Source: Octopus sinensis (lineage: Eukaryota). Taken from it: a stretch of 64,000 nt of DNA. The notes below the pieces were generated by a model. The model worked only from the letters and a program-made list of their open reading frames with translations. It did no database searches and was not told the origin of the DNA. Shown here one piece after another: positions 50,641-63,513 of this stretch. The stretch is from the NCBI RefSeq assembly GCF_006345805.1, contig NC_043020.1, forward strand, positions 30,690,001 through 30,754,000, read 5' to 3'. The position numbers and the translations under genes are program-made. Position 1 is the stretch's first letter. Every line of letters starts with the position of its first letter.

Positions 50641-52740
50641 ATCAATCATCATCATCATCATAGATCCTGGCATGAGTTGGATAGTTTTTGACAAGAGCTG
50701 GCCAGGCAGGAGCCTGCACCAGACTTCTTGTGTATGTTTTGGCATGGCTTTTACAGCTGGATGCCCTTCCAAACACCAAACACTTTACAGTGTGAACTGG
50801 ATGCATTTTAAGTGGCACCAGCACTGGCAGGGTCACCAGGTAACTTGCAAGACAAAGATCCTTTGAGAGTTGAGGGGGAGGGGCATTGGAGGAGGAGGTG
50901 ATCTTGTGTCAGATGATGAATGGTTAGAGTGAGACAGAGACAATTGTCTTGCTGTAGGAGAGGTACATGGTTTCCCAGCAAGAGAGAGATGGTGGTAAAA
51001 TGTCGTCATACTCACAAGGGATGCTGATCAATACAATCAACTATTTTCTCCTTGCAAATTCCTGGCTTTATGCCTGTGTCAGATACTATTACACGCCTTT
51101 CCTTCAGTCTATAGTTTTGCTTCAATATATAAATCAATATTGTCAGAAGACGACAATATTGATTTTTGTAGGTCAACAGGTCATCTGATTTTAGCTTCAT
51201 TACCTTATATTCATCAGCAGCAACATTTAACATCCAATTTCTATACTTTCATGGGTTGGATGGAATTTGTTGTGGATTTTCTATGGCCAGATTCCCTCCT
51301 TGTCACCAACCCTCATTTGTTTCCATTTAAGTCAATATTTAACCATGGCCAGACATTTTCAGGAAACTTTGGAAGTGAAGGACACTGCTTGCATCACAGT
51401 GATACTCATTTACATCTGTAATATGATGGGAAGGCAAGGGGGACAGTCTCACTCACACATACTCACTCACATGTGCCTATATTCTCAATTCAAATCCTGC
51501 CACAATTGACTTTGTCATTGATTCTTTCAGGGTCGATGGTACAACCACCAGTCTTACACTAGACTCAAATTTGTCAGTTGTATTGTCAGTCAACTTGGTG
51601 GCTTGAGTCAGTGTGGGAAATCAGTAGAGTAACGGCAAGTTTAGTAATGTACAGTCTTAAGTTATGTCCCTTGATGTTCTGAAGTTAAATTTCACTGGGG
51701 TCAGATTTGACTCTTCATCCTTACAGTGTTAAAATGTATCGCAGCCAAATATTGGTGTCAGTTTCATCTGTAAGAAAGCAGGAAAGAAAAATGAATAACA
51801 GCATCATTTCGAGTATTTTGATATAAAGAAGAAATGGCTGTTCCACTGCAGTCATTGATATGAATAAAGCCTGGCTGAATGTGGCAGATAATTGAATGAG
51901 AGGAGCACTGGCTGAAGGCATCGTTTATTGATGAATAGATGATAGAATTTGATGAGGCTGGATGCCCTTCCTAAAGCCAACCTCTTTACAGAATGTTCTG
52001 GGTGCTTTTTTTTATGGTACCAGCATTACTACTCCCCATCTCAACAGAGATGGGAAGTAATATTGAGGGAGGTAGCTTTGACCTTCTTTCAGTTTCTATG
52101 TATCAAATCCACCCCTAAGATTGACCTGGGGCTGTAGTAGAAGACCTTTATCCGAGGTGCCACACAGTGGGACCAAACCTGAAACCATGTGGTTGGGAAT
52201 CAAACTTCTTAACCTGCACCATCTTAGCCACCCCTGCACCCAGTTTATTATTCATTTTCCTGTTGTTGCCTCATAAAATTTAGATTGAAATCTCATTTGC
52301 ATTCGTTTCTGTGTCTTGAGCTTAAATTGCAAACGTGCAGAACCCCCCCCCCCACTTGCTCTTTAGGTTGTACAAGTTAAAACAATATTATCTCATGTAA
52401 GCAATTATTAATGTCTGGAATTGTCTTGAAGAACGACAGGACATTGGTAATTATTAGAGTAATCAGCTCTACATATTCTGAGTTCAAATCCCACTGTGGT
52501 CTTTTTGGGATCGATAAATGAAGACCCCCCCCACCATCATAGGTGAGCAATTGAGCATCAGACATTATGCCTCGTGGTATCTGTTACAACTCTTTGCATT
52601 GAGTCCAAATTTCACTTCCTTTCACTGGGCCTCTGGAAATGATTCTGACGGTGTATCTGCCACTTCCTAAACTGAAATAAATGCTAAAGCAAAGTTGCAG
52701 AACTGCTTTCATTTGAGTCATATCTACACACGCATGCATG

Positions 52741-52794
<54 letters not shown>

Positions 52795-53440
52795 GTTTTT
52801 TTTTTAAATTGAAACTGGACTTGAGAGTTTGTCTTGTGACCAAGATTGAAGTGGCATGAACGAAGACAAACTTTCAACTTCAGTTTTAATAAAAGAAAAC
52901 CTATATCTTCTATAATGTGTGTTGGTTCCAGTCATTGGACTGCAGCCATGTTGTATTGCTCATTTCAAGATTCGATTGTATTGATTTAGTTTTAATTGAT
53001 ACTATTTTATCAGTTTCTATTTGTTGAAATGACAAATCACAGTATACTGGTTTTTGAGTAGTTTAAACATATGCAAGCTACAAATATGCATGCAGCAGGC
53101 TTCCATACAGTTTTTATCTACCAAATTTTACCTAGAAAGCATCAATCAACCTGAAACTCCACAGTTCAACTCTGTGGCATCTTGCCCAAGATGTCATACA
53201 GTTATGCCTGTATAAATTAAATCTTTTACATCAAATGTTCTTCTTACTATTAAATTTGGATTTTATAAGGTTAAAACAAATGAGTTTTGTATTGTGGAAC
53301 CAATGTTCTTCTCCGTGGGTTTGTATTGGAAAATGTCAATAATCTCTAATCAATTATATAAAGTGTGATGCCAATGTTTCTTTTCTCTTTTTCCTTTTTA
53401 TGGTGTGTTTGTTCCTGCATGTCTCTGTACACACCTACAG

Positions 53441-53602
53441 GTACCGTGATGGTATGTTTGGCAGCAGCAGCAGTGGTGGTGGTAGTTCCAGTTCAAATTC
53501 CAAATGGGGTTATTCTAACCGAACTGGTTCTTGGGATGTTGATAGATTTGAAACTAAAACTAGTTTTACAGACCCAGTTCCCAGCTATGATGATTCTGAT
53601 AA
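53441..53602 (+). CDS. ARFGAP2/3: ArfGAP2/3 exon H (162 nt, phase 2-2), Ser/Gly-rich
   Basis: ctacag| (K)YRDGMFGSSSSGGGSSSSNSKWGYSNRTGSWDVDRFETKTSFTDPVPSYDDSD |gtaagt; phase-compatible with both neighbours. Confidence 0.85.
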
Positions 53603-54139
53603 GTAAGTACTTCACATTACCTTCTTCATCTCTCTCTCTCTCTCAGTCTCACACACACACACACACAGTGTCTCTCCTTTTCTCCCTGCTCTTTATTTCT
53701 CTTTTCTCTCTCCCCTCTCTTCTCTTTTTCTCTCTCCTTTCTCTCTATTTCTCCTCTGTCCTCCTATCTCTCGAAGCATTTTCCTGGCTCTCCCTCTTCC
53801 AGGGGTTCCTTTCACTGTAAACAATTAGCACATCTTTCTACAGCTGCCCTTCCTCTAAATACATCACATATCCAAACTAACGTACACTGAATGTGTCTTT
53901 GTACTTAGTGTTAACCTTCACCTTGCTGGCACACATGTAGAGCAAGTTGCCATTCAGTCTCCCACACATGTGGTGAAGTACAGGTTACATGACAAAAGAA
54001 ATTCATTTCACAAAATATACACAGATTGTAAGAGTTGGAAGCAGAGCCAAACACAGCCACTCTGATTCTTTCGTGTGCTGGTTGAGGTAGTTGTTACTAC
54101 TGCAAAATATATTCAAATTCAGAAAACTTGCTCCACATG

Positions 54140-54420
54140 TGTGTGTAGGTTTAGTGGTTAGGATGTCAAACTCGTGATCTTGTGGTTGTGGTTTCAATTC
54201 CCAGACTGGTGGCACATGGTGTACTTCAGCAAAACACTTTGTATCACTTTACCCCAGTCCACTCAACTGCACATGGGTCACCCTGTGATAGACAAGCATT
54301 CTGTTCCGGGGAACATCAGCTGACCTCACTGGCCAGTGGCATGGCATCATTTGAAAGCTGCAACAATGCAAGGAAGCACATTGTGACCAGCAGTGTGTAA
54401 CAAAATCTGATAGTCTGGTC
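54140..54420 (+). mobile_element. tRNA-derived SINE of a third family
   Basis: Head with A-box-like ggtttagtggtta and B-box-like gtttcaattcc, followed by a non-tRNA body; related heads at ~29366, ~41600 and ~63630 (-). Confidence 0.55.
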
Positions 54421-56486
54421 GGATATAGTGATACATGGCAGCAAGGTGAAATTTAGTTATAAGAAAAGGGAAAAATTAATGCTCCTTGTCTTGGGTATGA
54501 AGGAGGCAGCTTGAGTATAAAGCTGTGTCAGCTGCTTATAGAGGAAGAAACCTGTAGAAGAGGGAGACCCATGGAAATGTGGGCTGAAGTAGTGAAGCTT
54601 ATATTCAGGATGACCACATAAATAGTATAGTTAGCACTACGAAATACATAGAAAATACATGACCCTAGTATTTAAGCAATTGGGCTTGCAATCATAAGAT
54701 TGTAGGTTTGATTCCTGCACAATGTATCCTTGGTCAAGGTACTTCATTTTTCCTTGCTACCATCCAGCAGAAATGAGTATTAAGATAGTGTGCTTGGTTA
54801 TCTAGTGCAGCATTGTTAACAAACATGGTACAACCAAATGCCCTCTGCCACACCTCACATGGGGTATGTCCAGCAGTGAACTCTTCTTCACCCATTTTTA
54901 GCTACAAAATACATTCTTACTGATTATTTATTGAATGAGACAGTTGTGGAGGCTCACATACAGCACTTCAAGTTTCAGTATCAAGGATTTGCTGATTGCT
55001 GCACTTCTTCAGCTGTTGTAAGTCCAATGCCTGTAGCATCATCAATTACAAACACACATATGTAAAAATGGTTTTCACCCTTTAGATTTCGGTCCTGCTG
55101 AATTGCTACTTTCCAGGATTTATTTTTAAAAATATGATACTTATTTTATCATTTTCTATTTGTTGGACTGCCAAATTATGGCATTCTGGTTGTTTTAGCA
55201 ATGTAAACATAGTTGCACACACCCATGCATTCATGATAGGCTTCCATACAGTTTCACTTACAAGGTATTGGTTGGCCTGAGACTATAGTAAAAGACACCT
55301 GCCCAAGATGCTACACAGCAGAATTTCAGATATTGACCACATATGCACTTATAGTAGTTTATACTATAGAATACATCAAAATATTGACCACACACGTAGA
55401 TATAATAGCTATACAAAATATATTGAAACATTAACCAAATACATATTTGTAATATTGACCACATTTGACCTAATTCACCCGGTTTGAATTCTATATTGAA
55501 ACTGTATCACTTCTCTTAACGCTGAATATCTGTTTTATGTCCAATTTATTTTTTCCCCATTCTGATATGGGTTGGACACAGATTTAATGCAGGATGTTAT
55601 GGCCAGATGCTCTTCCTGTTGTCAATTTTTACCTGTTTTTCAAGCAAGGGATAAGTGACCTTAGAAATGTCAAGAGCATCCTAAATAAATCTCTAAATGT
55701 GTGGGATGCATTGTTGTTAATAAAAATTAAAATTTTCTGGTCAAATAAGCCTTATCTTTAGTCGTTGTCAGTTTTTAATACTCCTGTCTACACAGCAAGT
55801 TGGCTGAATTGTTACTGTGATGGAAAAATGCTCAGCAATATTTCTTCCAACTTTACGCTCCAAGTTCAAATGCTGCCATGGTTAACTTTGCCTTTCGTCT
55901 TTCTAGGGTTGATAAAATACATAGCAGTTGAGCACTGGGGTCGATGTAATCAGCCCTTCCCCCAAATTGCTGGCCTTGTGCCAAAATTTGAAACCAATAT
56001 TTATACCTACATTTTTATATTTCTGAGATGTGGGATACTGAATGTTTACGTTAGAATGACAAAAGACACTTGAAGAAGGTTGAAGAATACACAGCCAAGA
56101 TGGTGAAAGCATCAAGATGAAGGCACCACTCCAACTTATGTAAACAGTGTATGTTATATCTACACTAGGCATCAGGTATCTTATTGCTTGATGATCAAAC
56201 CAGTGAATTTTACTTCTGATCTCGGGGCAGTCACATCCTTATCTCTTGTGTCACTGACCAATATACTTCTACATGCTAAACTTTTTCTCTCAAAACTTTA
56301 GGTGTTCAAACATGCTAAACATTTCCATACATTCATTCATTTCTACAATAAGGCACTCCTTTTAATCATGCTGCTGTTAACAAACAACTACACACTCACA
56401 TTTACTCCCCAAATATCAATCTCTGATCTTAGTATCTGTGGTATACAGCTCTTTTGTCTCCTCTTATATCTGCAATCACCTTGTAG

Positions 56487-56601
56487 GCCAAGCCGCAACA
56501 GAAAAGTTGTTGAAGTCGAAACCTCTAGCACTGCTCAGAACAAATTTGGCAATGCTAAGTCAATATCATCGGATCAGTTCTTTGGGCCAAGAGACCCTGC
56601 G
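56487..56601 (+). CDS. ARFGAP2/3: ArfGAP2/3 exon I (115 nt, phase 2-0), first Glo3 motif
   Basis: ttgtag| (K)PSRNRKVVEVETSSTAQNKFGNAKSISSDQFFGPRDPA |gtatgt. Confidence 0.95.
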
Positions 56602-56716
56602 GTATGTAATTTCTTATGTAATTTTTCTTTCTGAAATTTGTGTGTGTGCAGGCATTAGCATACACACAAACATTTTAACAGGATTAATGTTTAAACAATT
56701 GTGAGATTATGCTTGC

Positions 56717-56770
<54 letters not shown>

Positions 56771-57067
56771 CTTGTTCATTCATTTACTGTAACTTGTTTT
56801 TTTTTTTGCTATTATGTCTTGCACAGGAACTGATTTTTCATACAAGATTCCAAAGCCTAATGCTCTTCTTGTCAGTCCTCTCCTGATTTTTCAAACAAGG
56901 GGTATTTAAATTCTACTTGTCTTCAAAAGTGCTGAGCAACCAAACATTATCAACATCACCACTACTTTGCTTAAATAGTAACAAGTGAAACGTCAACATT
57001 CACACTCATTCTTTCTCACACACACGCGCGCGTACTCACACTCATATATGTATGTGTGTGTATATAT

Positions 57068-58230
57068 CATCATCATCATCATTTAATATCCGCTTTCCAT
57101 GCTGGCATGGTTTTGATGGTTTGACTGAGGACTGGCAAGCCAGAAGACTGTACCAGGCTCTAATCTGATCTGGCAGAGTTTCTACAGCTGGATGCCCTTC
57201 CAAACGCCAACCACTCCGAGAGTGTAGTGGATGCTTTTATGTGCCACTGGCAGGAGGGCCAGTCAGGTGGTACTGGTGACAGCCACGCTTGAATGGTGTT
57301 TTTTATGTGCTACCTGCACAGGAGCCAGTCCAGAGGCACTGGCAACATCCTTGCTTGAATGTCATTTTTCATGTGCCACCGGCACAAGTGCCAGTAAGGC
57401 AACGCTGGCAACGATCACGCTCGGATGGTGCTTTTAACGTTCCACTTGCACGGGTACCAGTCAGGCAGTGCTGTCATTAGCCACGTCAGCAAATTTGATT
57501 TTGATGGTAATTTCACTTGCCTCAACAGGTCTTTGCAAGCAACACATAAGTAGGCTGGTTACACTGCTGGCATAGGCCACAGGTTATGGTCTCACTTGGA
57601 TTGCTGGGTCTTCTCAAGCACAGCATATTTCCAAAGTTCTTGATCACTAGTCATTACTTCAGTGAGGCCCAATGTTCAAAGGTCGTGCTTCACCACCTCA
57701 TCCCAGGTCTTCCTGGGTCTACCTCTTACATGGGTTCCCTCAAATGCTAGGGTGTGACACTTTTTCACACAGCTGTCATCCATTCGCACCACAGTTGTCT
57801 CTCTTGCACACCACATCTGATGCTTCTTGGGTCCAACTTTTCTCTCAAGGCACTAACACTCTGTCGAGTATGCGCACTGACATTACACATCCGTCAGAGC
57901 ATACTGGCTTCATTCCTTGCAAGCTTACGCATGTCCTTAGCAGTCACCCCCCCATATTTCACTGCATGTAGCATGGCTGTTTGTACACATGCATCATATA
58001 TCTACCTTTTATTCTGAACGAGAGGCCCTTTGTCACCTGCAGAGGTAGGAGCTCTCTGAACTTTGCTCAGGATATTCTTATTCTAGCAGCTACACTTTCA
58101 GCACACCCGCCCCCGCTACTGACTTGGTCACCTGGGTAATGGAAGCTATTAACTACTTGTAGTTTTTCTCCCTGGAATGTGACAGAAGTTGTTCTCTGTA
58201 CATTTCCAGTGTTTATTGCTCCTGAGCATC
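57068..58230 (-). mobile_element. RTE LINE 3' ~1.15 kb with repeat-expanded 3' UTR and (GAT)n tail
   Basis: Minus strand encodes YPGDQVSSGGGCAESVAARIRI..KFRELLPL and GRPRKTWDEVVKHDL, then a UTR with repeated ggcac.taaaa.gcacc motifs. Confidence 0.9.
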
Positions 58231-59328
58231 TGCCACATACAAAAACTATATACTAGATGTACCTGTAACCCATTGAGTCACAATCACTCCAAGTTGAAAA
58301 TGTTTAAGCACAGCAGCAAAGATAAAAATACTATTATAGTAATCGTTATCATCTTAATCAAAGAGCAGAAAAACAAGCAGAGAGTCCCTTCTATGAGTTT
58401 ATTTCAAACTCCATGTTATACCTATAGAAGCCATCTGACAGCACAAGGAGGAAACGTAGTCCAAAATTTTCACAATGCAACTACAAATTAAGGGAGGCAA
58501 AAAGAGAGCATTGTAATTTTCCTTTTAAGAAAAAAAAAATAAATAAAGTTGGAAAATGTGGCTTTGAAGTTCTTGTAGAATCCATCTGGTTTCATTCCAA
58601 AGCTTTGCTGGATTCAGATTCCTTAGCAATCTAATTGGTGAGCCAACTTTCAATTCCAACCTATGAGGGGGCATACTAGAAAATTATTGAGAATTTAAAA
58701 ATCCCAATGAAAAATGTGTGACATTAGCTTCTCCATATGGACTGTCAACAGATCTATACTCTTTCAGCTCTCCTGGAAAAAATTTGGTTTATTCTTAAGA
58801 GGTCATTCTTTGTGACTAATATGCAATTCTTTGGATCTTCAAATGAAGGCCTTTTTGGTGGCATCTGGAAAAAATATACTTAGAGAGAATTTCTATCTTT
58901 CAGTCCACAGCACTCTGAAAATTGCATAAATGATTAAGGGAAGAAAAAAGGAAAGTAAGAAAAAAAAAAGGACGGATGGTGGTAGTTGCGATGATTCCGA
59001 AGTTCCACTGCTGCAATACTGACATTTTTAACTTGATTTTTTATTTATTTGTGTGGTCTTAATCCCACATTACAAATCATTGCCAGCTTAGGTGCTTTAT
59101 ATATATTTATAAAACTACACTCTTGGCGTAGTTGGCATTAGGGAAAGGCATCCAGCTGTAGAAACTTTGCCAGATCAGATTGGAGCCTGGTGCAACATAC
59201 TGGCTTGCCAGCCCTCAGTCAAACTGTCCAACCCATGCCAGCATGGAAAGCGAATGTTAAATGATGATGATGATTTTATATTTTTATTTCACTGTTAATG
59301 AGCAAATGTTATGTGTTTTGTCTTTCAG

Positions 59329-59541
59329 ATGGAGCACAAAGCGACTTTGAGCAAGTTTGCAGGCAACTCAAGTATCTCCAGCGACGACTTCTTTGGAAGG
59401 ACTTCACGTGGTTCCAATTCGGATTCCGGCCAGTACTCCGGAACTGACCTCTCTGACATCAAGGAGGGAGTCCGACAAGGAGTTACTAAGGTAGCTGGCA
59501 AGTTGTCAAGCCTCGCCAATGGAGTGATGTCTTCATTACAG
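59329..59541 (+). CDS. ARFGAP2/3: ArfGAP2/3 exon J (213 nt, phase 0-0), second Glo3 motif and amphipathic helix
   Basis: tttcag| MEHKATLSKFAGNSSISSDDFFG...DIKEGVRQGVTKVAGKLSSLANGVMSSLQ |gtattt. Confidence 0.96.
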
Positions 59542-59744
59542 GTATTTGTTTGTTTGTTATGTTGTTTAATCCCAGATCAGCTCTGAGGGAGTAGATCAAT
59601 AGCTTTCCAACTGATGTGAATCCTTCATGTATTTGCTCCAATTCACTCTGCACCAGGTTCTAATCCAGTCAACTTTATCTTTTATCTTTTCATAAAGATA
59701 GCCATCCGTATATCATACTTAATGCATACACACTGTTTATAAAC

Positions 59745-60105
59745 TAGTGATTGGGTTGGACGGTTCGACCGGGGTCTGGGAGGCCAGAAGGCTGCACTAG
59801 GCCCAGTCTGATCTGGCAATGTTTCTATGGCTGGATGCCCTTCCTAACACCAACTACTCCATGAGTGTAGTGGGTGCCTTTTACATGCCAGACGGGGCTG
59901 GCAAATGGCCACGGTCAGATGGTGCCTTTTACGTGCCACCGGCCAGGGGGTCCAGGCGAAGCTGGCAACGCCCATGATCGGATGGTGCTTTTTACGTGCC
60001 ACCAGCACGGGGGCCAGGCGAGGCTGGCCACAGCCACGTTCGGATGGTTCGCTTACGTGCCACTGGCACTGGTATCACAGCTACAATTTCCATTGATTTT
60101 GATCG
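59745..60105 (-). mobile_element. RTE LINE 3' UTR fragment
   Basis: Same UTR with four tttacgtgcca-type repeats. Confidence 0.8.
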
Positions 60106-60625
60106 ATTTCGATGGAATTCAAAATATAAACAATAACAAACCATAAAATAAATTTATATTTTTCAAAAAGAAGCCAGTAAGATGGAAAATATTTATTTTT
60201 GTATACTTCCACTTTATTTATATTTGAAAAGTTTTCTCCTAATTTTTTTAATTGCAAAGTCTTTGATCAGATCCTCAATGTAACACCATGAACACTTTAA
60301 AAATATAGTTCTGATCATCATATATATCATTTTGAATATTATTTTAGCAAGTTTAAAATGACCCCTTTTGCCATTTCTGTAGTGCCCCATTTCTCTTGAT
60401 GCCTTAAGCACATACTTATTTTGCTTAATGATTAATCTAGTGTGGCATGTAACACGAATTGTATCATTAATTAACATTATTAATTAACTTAGCAGTTGAT
60501 TCCATGGAAATTCTGTGGTTATTTTGAAAACTGCAAATTACTAAGGAGTGAATAGAGAACCCTGGGATACATAATTGTTTTGAAATTGCTTTCTTGTTTT
60601 GTTTTTAAATCATTTGATTCTCTAA

Positions 60626-62408
60626 CACTCTCTATAGCATAGATGTCCACAAGCATCTCTAATCAGTAGTTATGAAATTCCTTATGGTTGATTAGAAGAT
60701 GCACATAAGCATCTCAGGGATTTCACAACATTGCAAGCGGGGCACATATAAGCATCTCTGGGATTTCACAACATTGCAAGCGGGGCACATATAAGCATCT
60801 CAGGGATTTCACAACATTGCAAGCGGGGCACATATAAGCATCTCTGGGATTTCACAACATTGCAAGCGGGGCACATATAAGCATCTCAGGGATTTCACAA
60901 CATTGCAAGCGGGGCACATATAAGCATCTCAGGGATTTCACAACATTGCAAGCGGGGCACATATAAGCATCTCAGGGATTTCACAACATTGCAAGCGGGG
61001 CACATATAAGCATCTCAGGGATTTCACAACATTGCAAGCGGGGCACATATAAGCATCTCAGGGATTTCACAACATTGCAAGCGGGGCACATATAAGCATC
61101 TCAGGGATTTCACAACATTGCAAGCGGGGCACATATAAGCATCTCAGGGATTTCACAACATTGCAAGCGGGGCACATATAAGCATCTCAGGGATTTCACA
61201 ACATTGCAAGCGGGGCACATATAAGCATCTCAGGGATTTCACAACATTGCAAGCGGGGCACATATAAGCATCTCAGGGATTTCACAACATTGCAAGCGGG
61301 GCACATATAAGCATCTCTGGGATTTCACAACATTGCAAGCGGGGCACATATAAGCATCTCAGGGATTTCACAACATTGCAAGCGGGGCACATATAAGCAT
61401 CTCAGGGATTTCACAACATTGCAAGCGGGGCACATATAAGCATCTCAGGGATTTCACAACATTGCAAGCGGGGCACATATAAGCATCTCAGGGATTTCAC
61501 AACATTGCAAGCGGGGCACATATAAGCATCTCAGGGATTTCACAACATTGCAAGCGGGGCACATATAAGCATCTCAGGGATTTCACAACATTGCAAGTGG
61601 GGCACATATAAGCATCTCAGGGATTTCACAACATTGCAAGCGGGGCACATATAAGCATCTCAGGGATTTCACAACATTGCAAGCGGGGCACATATAAGCA
61701 TCTCAGGGATTTCACAACATTGCAAGCGGGGCACATATAAGCATCTCAGGGATTTCACAACATTGCAAGCGGGGCACATATAAGCATCTCAGGGATTTCA
61801 CAACATTGCAAGCGGGGCACATATAAGCATCTCTGGGATTTCACAACATTGCAAGCGGGGCACATATAAGCATCTCAGGGATTTCACAACATTGCAAGCG
61901 GGGCACATATAAGCATCTCTGGGATTTCACAACATTGCAAGCGGGGCACATATAAGCATCTCAGGGATTTCACAACATTGCAAGCGGGGCACATATAAGC
62001 ATCTCTGGGATTTCACAACATTGCAAGCGGGGCACATATAAGCATCTCAGGGATTTCACAGCATTGCAAGCGGGGCACATATAAGCATCTCAGGGATTTC
62101 ACAACATTGCAAGCGGGGCACATATAAGCATCTCAGGGATTTCACAACATTGCAAGCGGGGCACATATAAGCATCTCAGGGATTTCACAACATTGCAAGC
62201 GGGGCACATATAAGCATCTCTGGGATTTCACAACATTGCAAGCGGGGCACATATAAGCATCTCAGGGATTTCACAACATTGCAAGCGGGGCACATATAAG
62301 CATCTCTGGGATATTTTATGGCTGTCTCTAAGCGATGCGTTCATGTGCCACTCGGATACCACAGCTATAGAAAAGAGACACTTATATGTGCCTGTCGTGT
62401 GGATAGTG
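60626..62408. mobile_element. Old TTAA-flanked (piggyBac-like) MITE hosting the 43-bp array
   Basis: Flanks ctaa|CACT... and ...AGTG|ttaa. The 35-bp termini align without gaps (20/35 identical, mismatches mostly transitions). Inverted copies of the array motif lie at ~62335-62349 and 62374-62392. Confidence 0.55.
60701..62312. repeat. 43-bp tandem array, about 37.5 near-identical copies, no spacers
   Basis: Unit ACATATAAGCATCTC(A/T)GGGATTTCACAACATTGCAAGCGGGGC; exact 43-bp period from 60721 to 62269. Confidence 0.98.
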
Positions 62409-62873
62409 TTAATGATATAAAACTTCACATAGGTTGTACTGAATGTACAATCTGAGGAGAGAACATCTCAGAAAGCTATGCTTCCTTGTTATACACTTCT
62501 CACATCTTCTACCTCGGGAGTTGTCTATTATTTTTTCACTTTACATGAAGTAAGCAACTACAGGATGAAACTGAAAACATAATCTAGTTATATTATTATT
62601 CTGCTGTTGTTTAACTAAATCAGTGAAGTTTTAATATGCTATATTACATTCATATTTTCATATCAGAGTAAAGTTCAAATTGGCTGGACTTGAATGCACG
62701 CTCCCAAGGAACAAAGTGCAGTAGCTGCACCACTGAGCTATGGAATCTATAAATCACATCAGTGATGTTGATGCTGGCATAGTTCTATTGTTAAAAGGTT
62801 CACTTTGTAACCGTGGTTCAGCCCTACTGCACCTTGGGCAAGTGTTTTCAACTAGAGCTCTCAAGTTAATTAA

Positions 62874-63513
62874 CTCTTTAGCATATATTTGGTTCAAATA
62901 TTCTACCTGTTTTCTGTTCAAACATGACCTTCGAACATTGGGCCTCAGAGGTAATGACGAAAGACCGAGATCTCTGGAGATATGGTTTCACATAGCAGCC
63001 CCAGCCCATCACAGAACGGCCTGCTGTGCTCACCTTGGATCGTAGGGCGATCTGCTGTACTTGAGGAGACCTATTGAGTCAAGTACATCAAAATAAAAAT
63101 AAAAATCAAATGGAAATTGTAGCACGGTAGCACGTAAAAACCACCAGTGCCACCTTGATTGGCTTCCGTGCTGGTGGCATGTAAAAAGTACCAACCGATC
63201 ATGGCCACTGCTAGCCTCCCCTGGCACCTGTGCAGGTGGAATGTAAAAAGCACCCACTACACTCACAGAGTTGTTGGCGTTAGGAAGGGCATCCAGCTGT
63301 AGAAACACTGCCAGATCAAAATGGAGCCTGGTGCAGCCTCCTGGCTTCCCAGACCCCAGTCGAACCGTCCAACCCATGCCAGCATGGAAAGCGGGCGTTA
63401 AACAATGATGATGATGATTGAAATCTCACAGCTATGATATAATGCATGATTAATTCAAAGCAGTGTGAATAAATTAGCATAAAATTTGAGAGAGTAATCT
63501 GAAAGCTAAAGGG
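62874..63513. mobile_element. piggyBac-like MITE split by an RTE 3'-end insertion (~62922-63417, + strand)
   Basis: ttaa|ctctttagc...gctaaaggg|gtaa termini; the internal RTE UTR ends in (GAT)n. Confidence 0.7.

Larger units (their letters stand above)
22678..59541 (+). other. ARFGAP2/3: ArfGAP2/3 (Glo3-type ADP-ribosylation factor GAP) gene, internal span with 10 coding exons; first and last exons not located
   Basis: Ten AG/GT-bounded exons join in frame to 523 codons. They contain the ArfGAP zinc finger CxxC-x16-CxxC-x4-R, the ERLGMG motif, two ISSxxFFG Glo3 motifs and the C-terminal amphipathic helix. Introns: 697, 3880, 3151, 1337, 1241, 687, 18691, 2884, 2727 bp. Confidence 0.96.

Noticed and set aside
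60701-62312. CRISPR-like array
   Set aside because: The 43-bp units are contiguous with no unique spacers, there are no cas genes, and the context is a eukaryotic intron.
60701-62428. Repeat-encoded protein (ORF 62228-62428 and array frames)
   Set aside because: 43 is not a multiple of 3 and stops recur on both strands; the ORF is incidental.
62564-62587. Candidate terminal ArfGAP2/3 exon (cag|DETENII*)
   Set aside because: Weak polypyrimidine tract and no similarity to the expected D(R/K)YG-type terminus. Candidates near 60260-60290 fail likewise. The last exon is probably downstream of the window.
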